DNA of 64,000 nt from Sarea resinae (taxonomy: Eukaryota). A model generated the notes under the pieces. It saw only the letters and a program-made list of their open reading frames with translations, made no database searches and had not been told where the DNA came from. The stretch lies in assembly GCA_026026165.1 (NCBI GenBank), contig JAPEUD010000034.1, forward strand, positions 62,001-126,000, given 5' to 3'. Shown here piece after piece: positions 24,707 to 35,701 of the stretch (within the stretch, counting starts at the first letter, position 1; every line of letters starts with the position of its first letter). The position numbers were made by a program, and so were the translations under genes.

Positions 24707-26059
24707 TGTGCCGGACTTTTTCTTTTTTTTCCTTTTTCCTTTTTCCTTCTTTCTGTCCGGCGTGCGTGTGTTGCGTGCGTGCGTTGCGTGAAGAAGAGGA
24801 AGAAGAAGAGAGAAAAAAATGGCAGTAATTCACTTGCTCCGTTTCTTCGACACGAGTGTGCGAATGGGGGCCGGGCGAGAGATATATGCCGTCACCAGAA
24901 GCTCTTTCCGCGCATGGCTTTTTGTTTTTTGGTCCGGGGCGGCGTAGCTGTAGCTCAGCTCAGCCCATTCAGCTCCGCTCCGCTCAGCTCGGCCCGCCCT
25001 TATTATTAGCCCTAGGTCCCCCTCGGGCCATTGCGAGGCTTCTTTCTGTCTGTCTGGGGAATGTGGGGTCAGGCCAGTCTGGGTCTGGGAGACGGGACTC
25101 AGGGCTCGCTCGGGATATTCTGGCTAGCGGGGACGACACGAATTGGTGCGAAGTTGGCTGACCGGTGGGTGTGGGTGTGGTGTTGAAGATCCCATCCCGG
25201 CCAGCCACTCACTACGGGGACGACTACTCTACTCTACTCTACCCTACGGGCTCCTAGGAACTCACATAGGTGCGCTGGAGTAACTCCGTACGGTGTCCAC
25301 TACGACGGAGTACTTGATACAGACCAGACACCTCCATCCATGGATGACGTCTGTTCCCTGCGAAAAGGGTCCCAGACGGCGCGTCGTAACCCGGCGGAGG
25401 ATTCTGCGGGACTGCGTACACGGCGTAGGCGCTGCTGGAGCGCTCCAGAACGTGGGACCTTCTCCGCAAAAAGTCGTATGATGGAGCATGATGATGATGC
25501 GGGCGAGATAGCCGAGGGACCCCCCAACCGCAACAACCCTACTCGAGTACTGCGCAGTCACGGCGCGCTTCTTACTCATCAGGGGTCCGTTTGCCTACTC
25601 GGGCTAGCATCCAACCCGCTCCCCACGCCCTGGCGCCAGCGAGATCGAGGCACAGTTCATGCAATGGCCAAGGGATTTCGAATCGCCAGCTGCTCATAGG
25701 TGCAGGCCTACCAATCTCGGACTCGAAGCCGTTGGGAGATCCGAATGACAGGGGAGGGGGGGCCCTTAGGCGATTGTGGGGAATCCCAATCACATCATGC
25801 CAACTTTTCCAGAAAAAGCAACCGTCACGGTAGGGGGGGTCATCTTGGATTCTTTACTTTTCATTTGCCGTACATGGCGCCCATCCAGCCTTGAAACTCC
25901 CGAAGCAATTGTCTATGTGCGTCGTGTGAACCGCGTGTGAACCTTGCAGCGTGGGCCGGCTGGACCGCTTCGGAGGATTTTCCTCGACGCGCGCATGATC
26001 CAGCCGTCCCCAGATTTGGTTTTAGCTCTCCGCGGCGGACTCCCCCACATTTCACCAAC

Positions 26060-27449
26060 TCAAGGTAACTTGTCGACATCCCCGTCCAACCCATCCACAT
26101 TCTCCTCGTGCGGTTGGCCCCTTCCCACGGGAATCAGGACTGGCTCGTTCACTTTCTTGCACCATCCAAACGTATCCGCAATCTTACCCTGCTGGATGCC
26201 TTTGAGGGTCGAGAGCAGTTTGACGCAGGCAGGGCCAGGCTCTCCCTCTTTGCTACCCGAGGCCTTGGCGCTGCCGTGGTAGTAGAATATATCGTTATGA
26301 GAGTGGTGCGTGACCGACTTGATGGGGACTAGAGCGGCCGCGGTGCCTGCGGCGAGGATCTCGGTAAAGGTGGGGAGTTCGGTGTAGGGGATCTGTTTGG
26401 GGTTATCAGTGGTGTTCGGAAAGGTCTTGAAATAAAGGAACGCACAGGTCGCTTCTCGACCTTCCAGCCAAACGACCTGGCAAGATCGCAAACGCTGTCG
26501 GACGTCACACTCTTGATGACGCTCTTGCTGTCGGGCACGACCAGAGTAAAGGAATCGCCTTCCTCCTTGATGCCCACGAAGCCCGACGTCGAGAACTCGT
26601 CGATATAAGTACGAGTCTTGCTGTCCAGATGTAACGTGATGCCGAATCCCTCCGAATGCGCTTTCTCGCTCCACCGCAGCACAGGTGCATAGTTACCGCC
26701 GACCTTGGCGGAACCTGTTCCCTCCGGGGCAGCTCGATCGAAATCCTCGAGAATGAGAGCGGACACGGGATTGACGCCGTGGTAGACCCCTACGGGAAGC
26801 ACGTAGACGCAAAAGGTGTATTCCTCGGGCGGGTTGAGGCCGAGTTGCGCGCTGGAGCCGAACAGCAATGGACGGATATACATTGCGGCGCCGGTATGGT
26901 GCGGAGGCACGTAGGCCGCATTGAGACCAACGGCCAGGTGTACGCATTCGAGGAAACGAGATTCCGGGACCGCTGGGATGGAGATGAAGGATGCGGAGTG
27001 TGCCATGCGGGCTGCGTTACGTTCAGGGCGGAAGATTTGGATCTGGTCGTTCGGGTCGCGGAAGGCTTTGAGGCCTTCGTAGGCTTGCTGGCCTGGAAAA
27101 GTCAGAGATGAGATAGACAACGTCGGCGAAGAGCTGACCGTAGTTCAGACCAGGGGCCATTCCGTGGATGCGGAGGAACGGGTCCTCGACGAATTCGGGT
27201 GTGCTCCATTCTCCGGTTTTGACGCTGTAGTGCGATTCGACGTGGCCATTGACTGATAGTGATATGAGCCATTGGCCTTTGAAATCAGAGGCAATGCTAC
27301 TCTGAACGTACCTTCACGGACTCTGAAGCCAATATTGCTCCAATCTGTACTCTTGGCGGTCAGTGAGATTTCTTGGGCATGCCGATATCGGGCGAGTCGC
27401 GAGATGGGTCCATACCGATCGTGTCGACTGGCGGCGGAGGAAAGACCAT
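26060..27449 (-). CDS. Branched-chain amino acid aminotransferase (PLP class IV, TOXF-like)
   Basis: [18 protein letters not shown]...[27 protein letters not shown] lysine in [19 protein letters not shown]. Introns 27415-27345, 27311-27253, 27138-27093 and 26445-26393. Confidence 0.93.
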
Positions 27450-28015
27450 GATGCTGGAGGGACTGAGGTGGAGGTCGACAGGAAGTGATGCTTGGTGGGG
27501 ATAGCCTCAAAGATGCCAATTGAGGGATTGCGGAGAGGGAATGAGCTGTGGAAAGGCCAGTGAGTTACTAAACTGCGTAGGCTGATCGAACAATGATCGT
27601 GTGCCGGATGCCGATGTCATTGCGTGCCTGCAGCAACGTGGTCCGTGCTGGATCGTACTCCGATCCATGGAGTCCTCCCCGGCGGGGCACTTTCACCTGC
27701 CAACGACAGTCATCATAACAACAACGACAACAACAACAAGAAGTCATCCCTTCTCCGGCATCCAATGTTGATATTCGTGATCCATATCCAGCGTGCTCGT
27801 TGCTTTTGGTCTATCGAGTAATCATATTTACTAATCAAGCGTCCGGGGCTGCATGGCGACAGGGATTGCTGCTACTGATATAAGCCCTAAGCTCCCACCC
27901 CGCCAGCTCGACCTTCTCTCACCCCTCACCCCTCACCCCTCACCTCCACGCATCCATCCATACTATATTGCCCAGACCGGATCTCCAGACTTGACTGTCA
28001 ATACGATCGCGACGG

Positions 28016-29108
28016 ATGCCCATCATGTTACTCCCACACCGCAAAGAAGTGCACGCCTACACCCATATCGGGTCCCACCCACTGACCCTCGACCTCTACA
28101 TCCCGTCCCCTCCTCCCTCCACCCCGCAGCCCATCATTCTCTTCTACCATGGCGGCTTTCTGGTAAGTCACGACTTGTCGTCCAACTCATCAGAATGGCT
28201 CCAATCTCTTCTGTCCCAAGATCACAGGCGACCGCACCGCCTGCCCGCGCTGGCTCATCAACGCGGCCCTCAAACGGAAATGGTCCTTCGCAAGCGCCGA
28301 CTACCGCGTCCTCCCCGAAACCACCATTCTCCCTATCCTCTCCGACATCCAAACCGCCCACACGTACACCACCCAGCACCTCCCTTCCCTGCATCCGAGT
28401 CTCGTCGACCCCTCTCGCGTCATCGTCGCCGGCGCCAGTGGCGGGGGTTACCTCACCATCGTCGCGGGCACGCGGTTCACGAACCCGCGCCCGGCGGCCT
28501 TGCTAGCCATCTACCCGATGGTGGACCCCGTAGCCCGCGCCCTCAACACGCGGGGCGCCATGCCCGACATCGAAGAAGCCGATGCCGCATCCGCCATCGC
28601 CGAGATCGAGACGCGGATTCAGCAAAAGGAGGTCAGTTTCGGCGAGCGTTTGCCGGATGAAGACAAAGGCGAAGACATTTCCTCACACAAACGATGGCCG
28701 TATCTCCGCTTCATCCTCCAAGAAGGCCTCTATCTCGACTATTTTTCCGGCATCCGGGGCCTGGCGGCGCAGATCGCGGCGGACGGGAAGGACAAGGCCA
28801 TCCCAGAGGAGCTGCGGCCTGCGTTTCCCTTTGATTACGGCATCACGAGCGACTTCCCGCCGGCCGTGATCGTGCACGGCACGGGCGATCGCGATGTCGA
28901 TGTCGAGGAGAGCGAGATGCTGGTGCGGAAATTGACGGCACTGGGCTTGGCAGAGAGGGTGAAGTACTTCCCCGTCAAGGACGCCGACCATCGTTTCGAT
29001 CTGAGGTTTGTAGACGCCGAAGACGGATCCTCTGCGGCGGAGGATACAGACCAGGATATTCGAGCATTGAGAGACGCCTTGAGCGCTCTCGACGGGTTCC
29101 TCAAATAG
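28016..29108 (+). CDS. Alpha/beta hydrolase (HSL-like esterase)
   Basis: ILFYHGGFL|ITGDR, ADYRVLPE, nucleophile elbow GASGG, HGTGDRDV and ADHRFD. Intron 28163-28220. Confidence 0.88.
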
Positions 29109-29223
29109 AACAAGAATATTCGACCATGTAGTGAAAATAATAAACGAATTCACGTAGAGCCCTGTCTGAATTGCTTGCATCACTACCGTATTACCTACCT
29201 ACCCACCTACCTACCTACTTTAC

Positions 29224-31252
29224 CTATGCCTCGACCTCCAAGACCACCCTCGCCACCCCCGTCGCACTCGTTCCCGCTCCCCCGCCTCCCACTTCCCCCA
29301 CGACTCGGCCCCCCTTCGCCTCCAAGACGCGCACGAACTCGTCCACGCCGCCGCCGACGCCGAAATACATCTTCTTGGCCGCCACCAGCGCCCTGGCTCG
29401 GTCGGTGCGTCTGGGTTCGGAGCTCTGGTGTTTGTGATCCTGTCGTAACCAGGATAGAAGCACGTCTGTGAAAGACGTCAGGCTGGCGGGCGCGTAGATG
29501 GTTTCGCTTGCGAGGAGGAGGGTGGTGGGTTGAGCGAGGTGGGTTGATGGAGAAGCGTCAGGATGGGTTTGCGTATTGGAATGGGCTGGCGTGTTATCTG
29601 AGTAGTGGGAATCTGGATGGGAGTCTGGATGGGGTTGGTGATGATGATGATGATGGTGACAATGTAGGGAGGACAGAATCTCGGAAAAGGCAGCCGACCA
29701 GGTGCCGGAGATGAATGAGAGCGAGATATTGGCCTGTTCGAGGGAGGCCAGGAAGGCTGTTATGAGGGGCTCGGAGAGGTCGAGGTCGTCGGCGTAGTCG
29801 AGATCGGGTTCGTTTTGCTGCGGGTGGGTTGCTTGTGGTTGTTCTTGGGTTTTGGTTTCGGATTCGGCTCGGGTTTGGGTTTCAGAGGAAAGGGGAGTGG
29901 GTGCGGTTGTTTGTGCTTGTGTTTCTGTCTGTGTTTGTGTCTGTATTGTTGGTGGCGTTATTGTCGGGGGTGGTGATGCTGATGTAGGTGGCACAGACGG
30001 AGGTCCGCCTAATCGACCTGTGCATAGCGCCCAGGATAGGAGGAGGTTGGGTAGGGTTACGAGACGCAGAACGTCAAAGTTGTAGTCGGCTAGTGTGAGA
30101 GTGATGGGTCTTGGGGCATGCCGGACGCGATGGCTTTGCTGGTGGCGGAGGAGTAGCTGGAGGAGCGCGCAGGACGGGAGAGCGGTACCGCAGCCGAGCT
30201 GGGGGCCGTTAGTTGAATGGCTTTGATGGGACAAGCAAACAAGTTGAAAATCTCGTTCGCTCATGGAAGGAAAGAAGGAAAAATGGAAAAAAGGAAAAAA
30301 GGAACACGTACCTCTAGATACCGAAACCCCTCCTCCCCATCCGCCGTATCCGCAGCTGTAGGCGGCTCATCATCATATCTCTCAGTGACCACCCTCGCTA
30401 GATCGACGGAGCATTCCCACGTCTTGAAACCGCCTTCGTACACGTTGGTTCGGATGTCATCCTGTCCGAGCGCGATGGCTGCCAGGTGTTGCTCGATACC
30501 AGTGTCGTCGGCGTTGGTGGTGGTGGTGGTGGTGGTCGGGTTGTCTTCTGCCATCAGCTGTAGTCGGATATCGAAGAGTTCGCGTCGTGGAAGCGTCAGG
30601 CTTTGCCTGGTGTTTGCGGTGCGGACGGAGAGAGTACTGTAGGATATTTTGGAGGGAAGGGTGGAGAGCTGGAGAGGGATAGAAATTAATGGACGTACTG
30701 GTTGATAATGATGAGAAGGAGGAGGCAAGTCTGTAGAGAGCAGTGAGGAGGACAAGGATAGTATCCTGGAGATAGCTGATATGAAAAGAATCAAGCAAGC
30801 TACATGTGGTTCAAGACGACGCATGTGAGATGTTGAAGGGGGTAAGAATGGCGTAAACGCAGCAATAGGTAGAAAGAGGTTTCGAATATTTCTCTTGGAT
30901 GACACGGCTTGGTCTTCCTCCTTTCCTTCTCTCTTCGGGGCAGTTTGCAGGAACAGTACATATTTGCGTAATGGAAAAGACGAAACAAGAGAGCTGGAAC
31001 ATCTTGCCCAGCTCGGAACAAAGTACGGGGAAAGGCCAGTCAACCAATACGATTGAAAGACGGACCGCACCCAGCAAAAATCTAACATACCAAATCTTCA
31101 AGAGAATGCAAGTGAGGTTCAATGAGCTGCCCAGTAGTAGCAGCGGCAGCAACGGTTTCATTGCTCGTCTCCGCTGGAAAAGACTCGATATCGGCAGCGT
31201 CATCTATGTCTATATCATCTCCGGAGAAGCCGAAGCTGAATGGACTGGCCAT
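29224..31252 (-). CDS. HPM1: Histidine protein methyltransferase (Hpm1/METTL18, Rpl3 methylase)
   Basis: MASPFSFGFSGDDID start, DIRTNVYEGGFKTWECSVDLA, LE|LGCGTALPS, ADYN, ASETIY, AAKKMYFGVGGGVDEF. Introns 31090-30669 and 30311-30199. Contains TQ-rich and poly-His insertions. Confidence 0.9.
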
Positions 31253-32497
31253 GATGCAGTAACCAAGGGTATGAAAGGGTTAGGCCTTTTGGGGGGATGA
31301 AGACTCCTAGTCTCGAGGTGTGCTATTCGTATTCGTGGTGTGGAGATCATCGGCGGTATGGATCTTAGAGAGCGGAGCGGAAGCGAGAGAAATCTATTGT
31401 TCCTTATCGGGTTTATCGGGCTTCTAGAATAACCTTATTTTTACCTCCTACCACAACACCACAAGACTTATCCAAGCCCTCGCCTGTCTTGCCCCATCGC
31501 AAGCCCGCTGAGCGCTGCAGCTCACCGTCTGGTCCGGAAACAGCATGTACGGCGGACGAAAGCGACGAAAACGCCCTACACCGCTAGGGAAGAATAAAAA
31601 AAGAAAACGTATGAGGCGTGATGATTCCGCTTCTGAACTGAAAAGGCCTTGAAAGCTGGCTCCTTTGCTAAGTGAGTTTTGGTTTCTTAGCTGCGAAGAG
31701 AATACTTATTACTTCATTTTCATTTTATGTATTTAGGCATAGAGTAATAGAGTCGAGTGTAATAGCCCCTGTATCTCACGAGACGTAGGCGTTAATCATT
31801 CTGCATAGTCTCACTATTGCCGAAACAGGGTGCGCAATATCTTCTGCAGAAAGTCTAGATCTTAGTGTAGCTTTCTGCAGATAATATGGGAAACAGATGG
31901 GCATCTGACTAATCGCCTAGAGACAGAAAGTCGGGCGCTGGCCTATTCAATTTGACCCTTCATTGCAAAGCGACTGGATTATCTGAGCATACCGCAGGCA
32001 AACACCAGCATCTGTTTCCGGTTGCCTCTTAGGGATGACACTCGTTTCCTCGTGAAATCTTCATTCATTCCGCTTTATCAAAATCGCGAGACACCATCCT
32101 GCATTCCGCCAACTACCCAGCCAGTAGCGGAATGAAACCTGTCTATTTTCAGCCTCGGGAATTGTTTTCCCTGAAACGAATCTACTTTACTGGTGATTTG
32201 ACACTTGGCTCGCGAAGAGGTCCTAGTCTCTGCCCCTTATATAGCACGGCGTTCAATCGGGAATGACTACTATTTCCTCACAACATCCCCCACAGCGAGT
32301 CACACCCCCGGACAGCATCCACGCCGTACTGCATACCGCGATGCAAGCCTGAGACGAATTGCATGGAAATGGCAAAGGGTTAGAATTTTATCATTCGTCT
32401 GAAGGATAGAAAACGAGCAGAACTACTTATTCCCCAAACTCCCTCCGTCCCAAAATATACATGGTGTTACATCTTCCAATTATTTTCCCTAGGCCAA

Positions 32498-33079
32498 TTA
32501 CTTCCTCTCGACGGTGCCCGATTCAGCCTCAGCGTCCTTTTTCTGGGCCTCGGCCTCCTCTTTGCCACGGCCCCATACCTCGCGAATCTGTTCCATGATC
32601 AGATCGCCATAGCCTCTCCCCTCCTCAAGAGCCTCTCTCTCCTCCTGCAGCCTCCGTTCCTTCCAATTCTCGCTCTCCCCACCCATCCAGACTTTCTCCA
32701 AAAAACCCTTGTCGGCTTCCCTACCCTCCTTTATGTCCCTCTCTCGCGCCTCTCTCTCCCTCGCCATCCTCTCGACCCTCAATTGCTCCTGCAATTCCTT
32801 CGCTCGCTCACTTGGTAGACCGCCCAAGTAAGCCGTTGGTCTCTCGAGCAAGCGCTGCGGGATCGACCGTCCGCTGCGTTCGACGCTGAGGTGGTTCGCC
32901 GATAGCACAAAGGCCGTCGCAAGCGAGAACGTGTAGAGGTCTAGTTTGCGCGGCGGCAGGAGCATTAGGATTGGCGAAGCGACGAGAAGCGTGTAGGAGG
33001 TTGTTGTTTTGAAGCGGGCGTAAGCATCAGGGGAGGGCGCGTCGGGTGGGGGAGGATTGGGGGCTTGCGGGAGTGACAT
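32498..33079 (-). CDS. Conserved fungal hypothetical membrane protein
   Basis: Intronless. Hydrophobic hairpin around LLPPRKLDLYT, then GLPSERA, a charged coil and KVWMGGESENWKERRL...GRGYGDLIMEQIREVW, a pattern I recognise from uncharacterised ascomycete proteins. ATG 33079 has an AAAATG context. Confidence 0.8.
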   Translation of the reverse strand: MSLPQAPNPPPPDAPSPDAYARFKTTTSYTLLVASPILMLLPPRKLDLYTFSLATAFVLSANHLSVERSGRSIPQRLLERPTAYLGGLPSERAKELQEQLRVERMAREREARERDIKEGREADKGFLEKVWMGGESENWKERRLQEEREALEEGRGYGDLIMEQIREVWGRGKEEAEAQKKDAEAESGTVERK

Positions 33080-33935
33080 TTTCGGGGTTTGGTTTAGGTT
33101 TGTGGTATTGGGAGGACCGATAAAGGTAGGATGGGTGAAGTTGGACGGTGCAAGGTGTTCGTACTTCAAGAGAGACGAATCTATCTCTTGTCTGTTTGTT
33201 GAATACTAGTTTCTGGGATTGTGCGCGCAGTAGACGCTGACTTGTTCCGATCGGGATGGACACCAAAAAAGAAGTACTCGCAGGATGGACAGAAGGTTGT
33301 GGAATAGCCGAGCCGCGAGCGCAATTCGCAGCGAGTATATCTTGCCAAGTCGAGGTATGGTATTTGTATTCGGTGAGCTAAATTCTGGCCGGCCGTGGTT
33401 ATGGTTGTGGTGATGAGGTCAATATTTTGGTGTTTTTGAAAAGGCCGGGCGGTCGAAGGATCGGAAGAATGTATTTCCGGCGCCAGACAGCTCCCGAGGT
33501 CAACGGGAATGGAACAGAACACCTCATAATCTACCTTACCTTACATACTAACATTACTTGAACGCATCATAATATCTTGGATGCAGAAACGTTTAATTTA
33601 TCCCTTTCCTATACTTGTCTTCGGAAACAGGTCAAAAGTCATCTCTATCCTTCAAAATGAAAAGGGATGCTGTGTCTCCGAGGTACTTGTACAGAATGAT
33701 TGCGGAATCTGTTGATGCGAAGGGGCCTTCAACGGCACCTCCCCATACTATACGATGTCATGGAAGCTATAAATCCCAGGTAATACGTTTCTACCCATGG
33801 TACAGGTCTTCGTACGTCGTGTTTCATGACATCTATGTGCGAACTATATCAAGACCAGTAATTACAGTAAGGCGCTCGGTCCCAGAAGCGATGGCTATGA
33901 TAAAAATATGTCCACATTCGATTGACCCTAGCACC

Positions 33936-35701
33936 TTAACCCTCCAACTCATGCGCCTTCTCCTGAACCGGGAGCTCGCTCGGTGGTCTTCTCGGACTAT
34001 CGAGTTCCATGGGCCTGATGGCATCAGCATCGATACTAGCTTCGGCGCCGCTTCGCCGCAGTTCACCCCCACCGTACAGTTCCGAAAGACGTGGGCGATT
34101 GTCATGACCTTGTAATTCGCCTGCTGCCGCGGCCCCGCCCTCCTCGGGGAGGAAGCGCTCCGTCTCATGCTTGGTGGCCAATTGTCTCCGTCTTCGACGG
34201 CTGCGATCGATTAGATAGATGAGAGCTAAAACCACGGGGACGCCTATTCCGACCCCGACGCCGGCTCCGACGCCAACAGATTTTTCGCTGTGATTAGCGG
34301 AGTTCGAAATTACGTTCGATGGCTGAGCGGGCCGGCCGGAAGTTTGAGTGCGTTCCGAGGCGTTCTGCGTATATGTGCCTTGGGGCGTCTGGCACAAGAT
34401 ATCGTTCTTGATGGTCTGATTCTTCCACCTGTCCTCGAATGGGCCGCAGTTGAAACCGGACACCGAGGTCGCAAGACAGAGGTAGTCGGTGAAGGTGGGG
34501 ACATTGTCGAAACCCGGCAAGCTCACACTGCGATTGTATGATCAGCTTTGATGAGGCTTATATTGAAATACGAGTCCATGGCGTAGAGCTTTACCTGGAG
34601 ATGTTTCCGGCAAGATAGACAACCGAAGCTAATTTAAGCCGGTCGAGCCCCTGAATGACTGACAAGCACGGGTTGTCTTCGATGTGTAGACCTTTGGTAG
34701 GCTCCAGCGCAAAGGCATCGCAACTTGCATTCAGTTCGGCTGTAGACCACAGATACTTCATTTGAGTAGCTGTGACTGTAGTTAGGTTGGAATTGTTTTT
34801 GATGAGCAGATTTCCAGCGCCGCCTAGGCTCGGCAGATTGATCTCCCGCAAGAGTCTGTTCTCACTGAATTCAAGACTCCCGTTTACTTCACCTAACGCA
34901 GGCAGCGAGATATTGCCAATGCCCTGGATCGTCATGTTCCCCACATCGGTCAGATTGGGAAATGATACATTTAGGCCAAACGGAGTATTCCCATAGTTGT
35001 TGCTGATGTATACATTGCCGGCGCTTTTTAAGAGGTCAAACTCGAACGAGCTCACATCATCGTTGTTTGTGATGCTCAACGTCCCTTCTATCGAGCTGAT
35101 ATTCAACGAAGGAAACGGACTGTAAGGGAAGCCAGAAATTGTCACCGACGAGACGTTCTGGAGGTCGTCTCCTAGGTACAGTTGGCCAGTAAAGACCGTC
35201 CCTGTAAAATTGATTCCCGATACGGCTTTGAGCGCGGGGAATCTCACGTCCTGTAGATAGTAGTCGGCTGAGCCGTAAACGCCGGCCGACATTCCGGTGT
35301 TGATCAGCGAGAGGTCTCCCCCAATAGTCTGCAAGCTGTCCGATGAGAGAGCGGCTAGCTCCGAGATATAATTGCATCGAATGGAGCCCGTGATTGTCTC
35401 GATGCCATCAAGCCTGATGGCACCCGTAACCGAAGAGCCCAGGGCGATGCTCCCGTCTATTGTAGTGCAATTTTGTATCAAATCAGCGTCCTTTTGACTG
35501 TTGATTGTTACGAGACCATCTGGGCATGTGTCACCAGATGGTCCTGTCTGCGCTGTAAAATGATGAAAAAGGTCTCGATCAGTACTCCATTGAGCAATAT
35601 AAACGTCGATAGTGTCTGTACAAACCTGTGACACGCTCCACGAGCAAGGCGACTCGGAGAACCAAGGCCGATAGATACCAGAGCCTCCTAAGAAACGACA
35701 T
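33936..35701 (-). CDS. Ecm33/Sps2-like (receptor L-domain repeat) single-pass membrane protein
   Basis: Signal peptide; CTTIDGSI, LDGIETITGSI, LSSDSLQTIGGDL and repeated sFP/LPxLxxV units with many NxS/T sites; TM GAGVGVGIGVPVVLALIYLI followed by RRRRR. Introns 35625-35553 and 34594-34528. Confidence 0.85.

Noticed and set aside
5580..29108. Secondary-metabolite or biotin cluster (oxygenase, BIO2, aminotransferase, hydrolase)
   Set aside because: No backbone synthase, transporter or other bio genes; the genes are interspersed with unrelated housekeeping loci.
31276..31286. AGGGTTAGG telomere/telomerase-template-like word (also at about 32376)
   Set aside because: Single short matches in leader or intergenic DNA, with no tandem TTAGGG array and no other telomerase RNA features.
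32030..32060. GGATGACAC...TCGTGAA resemblance to U6 snRNA
   Set aside because: No ACAGAGA box or U6 internal stem-loop upstream.
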